14,092 bases of DNA from an uncultured archaeon (GTDB lineage: Archaea; Asgardarchaeota; Lokiarchaeia; Sigyniarchaeales; SOKP01): positions 5,548 to 19,639 of the forward strand of contig CAYUTF010000057.1 of the NCBI GenBank assembly GCA_964447495.1, given 5' to 3'. The position numbers and the translations under genes are program-made. The notes below the pieces were generated by a model. It did not search any database, was not told the origin of the DNA, and saw only the letters and a list, made by a program, of their open reading frames with translations. Positions 1 to 7,324 of this stretch are shown here, piece by piece (position 1 is the first letter of the stretch; each line of letters opens with the position of its first letter).

Positions 1-186
1 TGTGTTAATAAAACATGCATTTCTAATTCTGCTAAGGAACCTATCGATTCAGAATTTATTGTTTTAGAAGAAAAGCCTTTAAAGATTCAATGCACATATT
101 GTAACCGAATATATAAATTAGATGAGATAAGATTTAGTTCAAAAGGAAAAACTGAGAAAAAAGTAATACAAAAATTTCAATTATAA
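1..186 (+). CDS. pyrI: Aspartate carbamoyltransferase regulatory subunit, C-terminal zinc-binding domain (5'-truncated by window edge)
   Basis: Not in the ORF track. Frame 1 reads CVNKTCISNSAKEPIDSEFIVLEEKPLKIQCTYCNRIYKLDEIRF...QL* (TAA 184-186), matching the PyrI pattern CxNxxCI(S/T)N..EP(V/I)xSxF...CxYC. Confidence 0.9.
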   Translation, partial: CVNKTCISNSAKEPIDSEFIVLEEKPLKIQCTYCNRIYKLDEIRFSSKGKTEKKVIQKFQL

Positions 187-191
187 GTATC

Positions 192-608
192 TTAGATAAA
201 TGCTAATAACGTATGGGTAATTACACCTACTATCATAAATATGAGGAAAAATATACCAACTCCCGGTTTGATAATATTTTTCCAATTCCACTCTTCCTTA
301 TCATATTCATACTTTAATATTACAAAACTAAAAAAAAATGGTGTTGCAAACCAAAAACATAGCATCAAGATTAACATTGGCCATCCTAAAAATCCAATTA
401 ATCTCCCTATTAACGCACTCATTGCTCCAGAAATAACTCTTATCCAATATAATTTGGTTTCTTTTTCTAACCTTATATCTATTTTTTTCTTAACTTTTTT
501 ATCTTCATGTAATTGCTGCTTGTCTAATTTCTTTCTTTTTTCTTTTATTAGTCTCTTTCTTTCTCTCTTAATATTAATTCTCTTAGGACGGCTATCTTTT
601 TTTACCAT
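192..608 (-). CDS. EMC6/Rab5ip-like three-TM membrane protein with a very basic N-terminal extension
   Basis: 138 aa. 24 K/R in the first 52 residues, then KLYWIRVISGAMSALIGRLIGFLGW (EMC6-like TM1/TM2 pattern), and a final TM GVGIFFLIFMIVGVITHTLL resembling the EMC6 G...F.L.W...Y.L helix. Confidence 0.65.
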   Translation of the reverse strand: MVKKDSRPKRINIKRERKRLIKEKRKKLDKQQLHEDKKVKKKIDIRLEKETKLYWIRVISGAMSALIGRLIGFLGWPMLILMLCFWFATPFFFSFVILKYEYDKEEWNWKNIIKPGVGIFFLIFMIVGVITHTLLAFI

Positions 609-706
609 AATTATAATTATAAATATTATTTATAATAAAAATCATTATCTATCTTGAATGATATACCAGAATAATTTTGAGAAAGAAATTTTTTATAAAA
701 GAGACC

Positions 707-2749
707 ATGAAATTTTCTAATTTTGATGTATATGTAATTAGTAAAGAGCTTGATTCTATTCTTTCTGATGGAAAAATTCTAAATATCTATGAGATTGAAA
801 ATTTTTTAATATTAAAGATAAATACTAGAGAATCTGGAATTAAGAATTTAATAATAAAGGATGATTCTCGAATAAATTTAACAGAATATGATTATCCCAT
901 TCCAAAATTTCCAACTCAATATACTCGTTCTCTAAGAAAATTACTTAAAAATAGAAAGATTTTATCTGTTTCACAATACAATTTTGATCGTATTATTATC
1001 ATTGAGTTGAGCAGTTTTGAAGGAGATTCATGGAATTTTATTATTGAACTCTTTAATAAAGGCAATTATATTTTAGTTAATGAATTGAATATTATTAAAA
1101 TAGCTAAAAGTTATAAGAAATTCAGGGAACGGGATATTTTGGCCAATAAGAAATACTCATTTCCTAAATCAAGGGGAGAGGATTTCTTGACTTTAAGTAA
1201 AGAAGACTTTTCCAATCTATTATATATTTCAGATGGCGAAATTGTTAGAGTTTTAGCGAATCTCATTTCTTTCTCAGGATTATACAGTGAAGAGATTTGT
1301 TATCGAGCGAAAATAGATAAGAGCAAAAATGTCAAAAATTTAACTGATTTTGAAATAGATGGGTTATATAACAATTTTAAAAATTTAAGAAATGAAATAT
1401 TTTTTGGAAAAATATGTGCTCATATAATTATTGATGAAGTCGGAAATCAAACTCACGTCTTTCCAATAAATTTAGAATTATTTAAAAATTTCGAGAAGAA
1501 ATATTTTAATTCTTTTAATGAAGCAGTTGACGAATTTTATTCTAAATTAGATTCTCAAGCCTTAAAACAGCCTTATGATGCAGAAATTAGCCATAAATTA
1601 AATGAATTAAATAAAATTCTAAAAAGACAACAAGAATATTTGGAGGAGTTAAAAGAAGAAAAAGTTAAGTTTTATGATTATGGAAATTTTATCTTTACTC
1701 ATTTAAACCCATTAGAAAAATTAATGGGAGTTATAACAACAGCTAGAGCTAAAGGCTATAATTATTATGAGATAAATGAAAGATTAAAGCAAGCAAAGAA
1801 TGAAAATATGGATGAACTTGATCTTTTTTTGAAAATTGAGCCCACAACCAAAAAAATTGTTGTTAAGATTAATAATAGCGAGGTCAAATTAGATTTAAAT
1901 AAAAGTATTGGAGAAAATGCTAATAAAATTTATAATAAGGGTAAAAAAATGGAAAAAAAAATCCTAGGAACTTTAAATGCTATCACTGAGACAAAAGAAC
2001 AAATACAAAAGCTTAAAGATAAACAAATGAGAATGGATGAGCAAGTAGATTTCCTGATTAAAACACCAAAAAAGAAATGGTATGAAAAATATAGGTGGTT
2101 TATCTCATCTGACCAATTCTTAGTAATAGGGGGAAAAGATGCGAGTTCAAATGATTCATTGTTCAAGAAGCATTTAGATAAGTATGATATAGTCCTTCAC
2201 ACGAATTTTCCTGGATCACCATTAATGATAATTAAAAATCCGAAAAATGAAAATATCCCAAAAAACACTATAACAGAAGCTGCTGATTTTGTCGCAAGTT
2301 ATTCAAGAGCATGGAAAGAAAACTGGGGCGAAATTGATGTGTTTTATGTAAATTCAGAGCAAGTTTCAAAGACTCCGCCTTCAGGTGAATATCTACCGAA
2401 GGGTTCTTTCATGATTTCAGGGAAAAAAAATTTTATTAAAAACTCTAAAACAGAATTGGCCCTTACTATAGAAATTTTGAGAATAGATGAAGATAATAAC
2501 CAAAAAGAGGATATTTTTTATCCAAAGATTATAATAGGACCAATAAACGCCATAAAATCTAAATATAAATCGTATATTACTATTAAACCTTCAAAATCGG
2601 GCTATAGTAAAGGGAATATAGCGAATGAAATTAAAAAGTATTTTCTTAATAGCTCGAATAAAGAATCTAGAAAATGGATAAATGTCCTCTCATTAGATGA
2701 AATTATTAATATACTTCCTACAGGAGTATCAAAAATAAGTAAGTTATGA
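707..2749 (+). CDS. rqcH: Ribosome quality control protein Rqc2/NEMF (RqcH, NFACT family)
   Basis: NFACT-N start MKFSNFDVYVISKEL, conserved NFDRII and IELFNKGN motifs, HhH region (SGLYSEEICYRA), coiled coils, NFACT-R KKWYEKYRWFISSD..LVIGGKDASSN and VSKTPPSGEYLPKGSFMISGKKN. ATG 707 preferred over the TTG at 677 because family homology starts there. Confidence 0.93.
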   Translation: MKFSNFDVYVISKELDSILSDGKILNIYEIENFLILKINTRESGIKNLIIKDDSRINLTEYDYPIPKFPTQYTRSLRKLLKNRKILSVSQYNFDRIIIIELSSFEGDSWNFIIELFNKGNYILVNELNIIKIAKSYKKFRERDILANKKYSFPKSRGEDFLTLSKEDFSNLLYISDGEIVRVLANLISFSGLYSEEICYRAKIDKSKNVKNLTDFEIDGLYNNFKNLRNEIFFGKICAHIIIDEVGNQTHVFPINLELFKNFEKKYFNSFNEAVDEFYSKLDSQALKQPYDAEISHKLNELNKILKRQQEYLEELKEEKVKFYDYGNFIFTHLNPLEKLMGVITTARAKGYNYYEINERLKQAKNENMDELDLFLKIEPTTKKIVVKINNSEVKLDLNKSIGENANKIYNKGKKMEKKILGTLNAITETKEQIQKLKDKQMRMDEQVDFLIKTPKKKWYEKYRWFISSDQFLVIGGKDASSNDSLFKKHLDKYDIVLHTNFPGSPLMIIKNPKNENIPKNTITEAADFVASYSRAWKENWGEIDVFYVNSEQVSKTPPSGEYLPKGSFMISGKKNFIKNSKTELALTIEILRIDEDNNQKEDIFYPKIIIGPINAIKSKYKSYITIKPSKSGYSKGNIANEIKKYFLNSSNKESRKWINVLSLDEIINILPTGVSKISKL

Positions 2750-2823
2750 GACTAATCCTCAAATCTTTTAAACTTATAATGCACTATAAAAATTATAGTT
2801 CTACTTCTTTATCAACCCTTTTC

Positions 2824-2832
2824 AAAAAAAAA
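2824..2832 (-). terminator. Oligo-T archaeal terminator for the 4079-2833 gene pair
   Basis: A9 on the + strand (T9 on the - strand) directly after the stop codon ending at 2833. Confidence 0.5.
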
Positions 2833-3249
2833 TTAATTATCTTGTACAAAGTAAAGATAAGCAACTATGACGATTAACCCTAAAAAAGTAAATCCAAATA
2901 CCCATGAATTCCTATATGCTTGGATTAAAGATAATACAAAGAGTAGAATTATTATCTTAAAATCTAAAGGTTTACCTGATAATTCTTTATAATTTCCAAT
3001 ACTAATTAAACTAAATAGAAAGAAAAACAATATTACGAAAACCTTAATAATAATATCAAAGTAATTCCAAATTGTGTTTTTGACCATAAATATTGTAATA
3101 ATTTGGGTGTTAAACAAAATTGAGATTATTAAAAGAACACCACTTAAAATTGCTGTTAAAACTACCGTTTTAAATGCAAATTTTTCTTTTACTTTTGATT
3201 CATTATTACTTTTATTCGATATAGAATTATTTTTCTTAAATTTAGACAT
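2833..3249 (-). CDS. Hypothetical membrane protein, about 4 TM helices
   Basis: 138 aa with a basic N-terminus and four hydrophobic segments. The start lies 2 nt after the upstream stop (TAA-TA-ATG), suggesting translational coupling. Confidence 0.8.
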   Translation of the reverse strand: MSKFKKNNSISNKSNNESKVKEKFAFKTVVLTAILSGVLLIISILFNTQIITIFMVKNTIWNYFDIIIKVFVILFFFLFSLISIGNYKELSGKPLDFKIIILLFVLSLIQAYRNSWVFGFTFLGLIVIVAYLYFVQDN

Positions 3250-3251
3250 TA

Positions 3252-4079
3252 TTAACTTCTAATTTTTTCAATTTTCTCTCTTAATTTAATAATCTGAATA
3301 ATATAAAAACCATACAAAAAACCTATAAGCGTAAATATAATAACAGCTAACGTTATGTAAACCAATTCTTCTGAAGAAATTCCAGGATTATATGCGTAAA
3401 ATTGTACATATAAAGATACAACATTCATCAATAGAATTCCTTCATCATAATCTTCTGATGTACCAAAAATAATCATAAATGGAGTAAATATTCCCGCATC
3501 TATTCTCAAGTCTTCTTCACCTCCTTCAGAACTCTCTACAGGAAGTTCAAACTCATAAATGATTCTTTCTCCATCTAAGTGTGCTGCACCATTTCCATTC
3601 ACTTCTGAATCCTCGTAAAACTTGGATTCATTAATAAAATAATCTCGATATTCAAAAATCTCTTCCGTCATATTTAAAAACTGAACAATTTTTGCATCTT
3701 TATATTCTAAAGGATCTAGTGATTCATCATTAGAAATTAAAATACCAACAAATTCGTGATCATATTCACTAGATTTATGATCAACTAATTCAAATTGAAT
3801 AGAAATATAGAGATTGCTTTCATTCTGGACAATCCATAAATCGATTTCCAAACCAAACATCGGATTTGATAAATTTTGGTAAATGTCAATTTGGGTCTTT
3901 AGTGCATCATTCCATTCATCTTCTGATCTATCAATATATCCATCTATTACAGGTCTCTTTCCAAAACCTAAAATTAACTCTTCTTCTGCTCCATTAACAT
4001 TTATCAATAATACAAAGGTATTTAATAAGAAAAATGATAATACGGCGATTGAAATTATTTTTATTGATGATCGTTTCAC
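3252..4079 (-). CDS. Secreted, C-terminally membrane-anchored protein with a probable DOMON/CBM9-like beta-sandwich domain
   Basis: Sec signal peptide (MKRSSIK + hydrophobic core + VNG/AEE), PVIDG..D..EW.DA motif, SNLYISI and YEFELP strands typical of DOMON/CBM9-like domains, acidic ectodomain with four N-x-S/T sequons, C-terminal TM and basic tail. GTG start. Confidence 0.7.
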   Translation of the reverse strand: MKRSSIKIISIAVLSFFLLNTFVLLINVNGAEEELILGFGKRPVIDGYIDRSEDEWNDALKTQIDIYQNLSNPMFGLEIDLWIVQNESNLYISIQFELVDHKSSEYDHEFVGILISNDESLDPLEYKDAKIVQFLNMTEEIFEYRDYFINESKFYEDSEVNGNGAAHLDGERIIYEFELPVESSEGGEEDLRIDAGIFTPFMIIFGTSEDYDEGILLMNVVSLYVQFYAYNPGISSEELVYITLAVIIFTLIGFLYGFYIIQIIKLREKIEKIRS

Positions 4080-4299
4080 GGTACAGAGCCCATAGTTATT
4101 ATAATATTCATTTAAGTTATTTTTTAAATATTAAAATTGATAATTAAAATTGGTATTTTAATTTTCTTATACCTCTATAAATTCTAAGTCAATTTTTAAA
4201 TTTGATTAAAAACAAGTAAACTGCGGCAATATCATGATTATTTTTGGATTGTTAAAATTATTGGAACTTAAATATCTATTATTGCAAACTATATTAATT

Positions 4300-5511
4300 A
4301 TGCTAAAGAAAGATAATTGTTACAATATTACGGTTATTTTTGTTCTTTCATTTGTCCTATTCATCTTCTTTTTTTTTCATGATTCAATATATATAATAAA
4401 AGGGGATTCAATGGAACCTTCATTGTCGCATGGAGATCTTTTATTCATATCAAAAGTGGACCCTAATGATATATATGCCGATGAAAAGAATGGAGATATT
4501 GTTGTAATTAAAGGTCAGGAATATTATGAAAAAGAAGGTGGTATATCTCTATTTAGAGGCACAAACAATAATACTCGTATTATACATCGTGTTATAGATA
4601 AGAGATATGATAATAATACCAATTTATGGTATTTTCTAACGAAAGGGGATAATAACGAGTATTGCGATGGGTCTATTAGAGAGATATATTCCTCTGAGAA
4701 TTATTCCTTATATGAATATAATAGCTCAAATCTTGTATATATAGCAGAAACGGGTATTTTAGGGGTCGTAATCTTTAAAATTGCATATATTGGTTTATTT
4801 CAAGATATTTCCTTAGGTCTTTTTATACTTATTCTATCATTTTTCACTCTTTTTTTTATTTTTAAGGGTTTTAAATTGAAATTAAAATTTATTAAATGTC
4901 AAATTAGGAAAAAATTACTTCATTCTAAAGCAATAATCATGATAGTAATCTTTTTTTTTGTTTTTTTTCTATTACAGTTCTTACCATTACTAAATAATGT
5001 TTATTTTATGATAAATGACTCTATGGTGCCATATTTGCATTTTAATGATTTAGTGATTGCCGAACCAATAGTTGCTTCAAAAATTGAGATTAATGACATC
5101 GTAGTTATTAAAAGTCCACAGTATTTTTATTCCCAAGGTTATGATCCAATGTTCTGGCATTATTATCCTAATTCCTCTTACATCATACATCGCGTATTAG
5201 ATAAAAAATTCGTCAATGATTCATGGTATTTCATGACGGGAGGTGATAAGAGCTCATTATGTATTGACGGTATGATTAGAACCTTAAATAAAAGTAAAAA
5301 TTATTTTTTATTAGAATTTAATTGCTCAAATATGATTTATATCCCTGAGACAGAGATACTGGGAAAGGTTATTAGTGCAATACCATTAATTGGGTACATT
5401 ATAGATTATTACATATTGATTTTGATTCTATTCATTATTCTATTTAGTTTAACAATAATCTTGAAGTTAAAATGCTACAAGATTGAATTATTTAGAATAA
5501 AAAAACTCTAG
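4300..5511 (+). CDS. Signal peptidase I (S26, SEC11/SipW-type Ser-His) with two tandem peptidase domains
   Basis: Domain 1: GDSMEPSLSHGDL / IIHRV / TKGDNN..CD / ILGVVIFKIAYIG. Domain 2: NDSMVPYLHFNDL / IIHRV / TGGDKS..CID / ILGKVISAIPLIG. Each is flanked by TM helices. Start uncertain (ATG 4234 or ATG 4300). Confidence 0.88.
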   Translation: MLKKDNCYNITVIFVLSFVLFIFFFFHDSIYIIKGDSMEPSLSHGDLLFISKVDPNDIYADEKNGDIVVIKGQEYYEKEGGISLFRGTNNNTRIIHRVIDKRYDNNTNLWYFLTKGDNNEYCDGSIREIYSSENYSLYEYNSSNLVYIAETGILGVVIFKIAYIGLFQDISLGLFILILSFFTLFFIFKGFKLKLKFIKCQIRKKLLHSKAIIMIVIFFFVFFLLQFLPLLNNVYFMINDSMVPYLHFNDLVIAEPIVASKIEINDIVVIKSPQYFYSQGYDPMFWHYYPNSSYIIHRVLDKKFVNDSWYFMTGGDKSSLCIDGMIRTLNKSKNYFLLEFNCSNMIYIPETEILGKVISAIPLIGYIIDYYILILILFIILFSLTIILKLKCYKIELFRIKKL

Positions 5512-5583
5512 TCTCTCATTACTGATTAATTATTTTAAAAAAATTATTTTAACTTTTTAAAGATAAATTTAGAGTTACTTTAA

Positions 5584-6162
5584 ATGGTTAAATATTTGTT
5601 AATTCTTTTTGATCCCAAATTTATAGAAGACTTTTATCATCTCTATATAAGTTTTTTCCCAGTGCTATTTATTTTTCTAAAATATGTGCTAATTTTCGTT
5701 CTATTATCTATTGGTATCTTGTATATATTTAGTTTAAAAGGAATTTATTTGAAGTTAAAGATGTTTTCTTTTAATGAGGGTATTAATAGTTTAAAAAAAA
5801 TTCGGATGATTTTGGGGGTTTCTTTTATCATTTTAGCATTTGGGATACTCTTCAATTATTTGATTTATTTTTTTATTTGGGCTTTTGAACATTTTGATGG
5901 ATTTCTTCTTATTTCGTTAAAATTAATTGAAAATATAGTAGTTGAGAATATTAATCTAGATCTCACCATTTTTTATAGTATTGTTAAGCCTTTGTTTGGT
6001 TTAGCATCCTTTATTTCGATTACTCAATTCTTTATCGCACTATGTTTTTTCATTAATAGTAAAATTGCACTTGGAAGGCCAAAAAGACCAATCATGTATA
6101 TGATTTCATCTATTATTGGAATATTAATATTTGGTTTTGAATGTTTACCTTATTTACTGTAA
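5584..6162 (+). CDS. Hypothetical multi-pass membrane protein
   Basis: 192 aa ORF with about 4 long hydrophobic segments separated by K/R-rich loops. No family recognised. Confidence 0.75.
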   Translation: MVKYLLILFDPKFIEDFYHLYISFFPVLFIFLKYVLIFVLLSIGILYIFSLKGIYLKLKMFSFNEGINSLKKIRMILGVSFIILAFGILFNYLIYFFIWAFEHFDGFLLISLKLIENIVVENINLDLTIFYSIVKPLFGLASFISITQFFIALCFFINSKIALGRPKRPIMYMISSIIGILIFGFECLPYLL

Positions 6163-6234
6163 TTTTATAGAAATAAAGCTCGTAATCCTAACCTTAAAAT
6201 TGGCAATCAATATTTTGATTTTTCCAGCAAAAAA

Positions 6235-6250
6235 CCGAAAGATTTATATA
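6235..6250 (+). promoter_or_regulatory. Candidate BRE-TATA promoter for tfb
   Basis: CCGAAAGA-TTTATATA is a close match to the archaeal BRE + TATA consensus, about 175 bp upstream of the tfb start. Confidence 0.6.
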
Positions 6251-6426
6251 ATTAATCTGAATATAAATAATTTGCATTCACGTAATATTGAATATTTTCA
6301 GTCACATATCATTGTTTAGCATAATTGGATCAGTTTTCAATTAATTTACGGGTAAGTAATTGATATACTTGGTTTAGTTTATTTAGATTTGTCTAAATAA
6401 TATGATAATAATATGAGGTTTTGAGT

Positions 6427-7314
6427 ATGGAAGTAAAATCAGAAATGAGTATTTTGTTAAATTTATGCCCAGAATGCGGAGGGAAAACTATTCCTATCCA
6501 AGAGAAGGGTGAAATTGTTTGTAGTCAATGTGGTTTAGTAGTTAATGAACGCGTTATGGATGTCTCACATAGTGGAAAAAGAGCATTTACAAAACAAGAA
6601 AAAGAAAGTAGAGAAAGAACAGGGTCACCTATTTCAATTTTATTGCCAGATATGGGCTTAAGTACTATTATTGATAAATCAAACATAAAAAGTCCTGACT
6701 TAAAGAGAGCAGCAAAATGGAATTCTCGAATGACTTGGGATAAAAGAAATATGTTAATAGCAACTACAGAATTAAAAAGAATTGGAAGCAACCTTAATTT
6801 ACCAAACCATATTAAAAAAACTGCAATTCGATTGTATATTGAAGCATTTAAGAAAAAATTATTGAGAGGCCGATCAATCAACGGCATGGTTGCTGCTTGC
6901 TTATATTTTGCTTGCAGAGAGAATAAAATTCCCAGAACACTTCAAGAAATTTTAGAAGAGACTTCTGTTAATGCAAAAAATGTGAGAAGATGTTATAGAA
7001 CTATCATTCGTGAATTAAATTTAAAAGCTCCATCTACAGATCCAATTTCACTTATACCACGATATATTGCTGAATTAAGTCTAGATGCTGAAGCAGAGAA
7101 AATCACAATTCAATTATTAAATTCCTTTATGAATAATTTTTCTACAAGTGGTAAAGATCCTAAAGGCTTATGTGCTGGAGCTTTATACTTAGTTTGTAAA
7201 ATTAAAGAAAAAAGAATTTCACAAAAAGAAATTGCAAATATTGTGGGAGTAACAGAGGTAACTCTCCGTTCAAGATATAAAGAATTAGTTATTAAGTTGA
7301 ATATTAAATATTAA
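6427..7314 (+). CDS. tfb: Transcription initiation factor IIB (TFB), variant B-reader
   Basis: Zn ribbon CPECG...CSQCGLV, two cyclin repeats (LRGRSINGMVAACLYFACR..IPRTL; SGKDPKGLCAGALY), and BRE-binding HTH SQKEIANIVGVTEVTLRSRYKEL. GAGGT SD at 6415-6419 favours ATG 6427; TTG 6421 and ATG 6445 are alternatives. Confidence 0.96.
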   Translation: MEVKSEMSILLNLCPECGGKTIPIQEKGEIVCSQCGLVVNERVMDVSHSGKRAFTKQEKESRERTGSPISILLPDMGLSTIIDKSNIKSPDLKRAAKWNSRMTWDKRNMLIATTELKRIGSNLNLPNHIKKTAIRLYIEAFKKKLLRGRSINGMVAACLYFACRENKIPRTLQEILEETSVNAKNVRRCYRTIIRELNLKAPSTDPISLIPRYIAELSLDAEAEKITIQLLNSFMNNFSTSGKDPKGLCAGALYLVCKIKEKRISQKEIANIVGVTEVTLRSRYKELVIKLNIKY

Positions 7315-7324
7315 TTTTTTTTTT
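7315..7324 (+). terminator. Oligo-T terminator of tfb
   Basis: T10 run immediately after the TAA ending at 7314. Confidence 0.55.

Noticed and set aside
241-657. 138-aa + strand ORF
   Set aside because: Antisense shadow of the EMC6-like gene; its hydrophobicity mirrors the Lys-rich codons on the other strand.
1930-2166. 78-aa - strand ORF
   Set aside because: Entirely antisense within rqc2, with no motifs.
2747-2755. Selenocysteine read-through at TGA stops of rqc2 (and ABCE1 at 10803-10805)
   Set aside because: Both TGAs fall at the normal family C-terminus, not at Cys-equivalent positions; rqc2 has a TAA two codons later; no convincing SECIS was recognised.
3074-4095. + strand ORFs 3074-3262 and 3883-4095
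   Set aside because: Antisense to two better-supported coupled genes.
6131-6319. 62-aa TTG-start ORF
   Set aside because: Overlaps the upstream gene end and the tfb BRE-TATA; I/N/L-rich composition typical of translated AT-rich spacer; no SD.
6525-6887. 120-aa - strand ORF
   Set aside because: Antisense shadow inside tfb.
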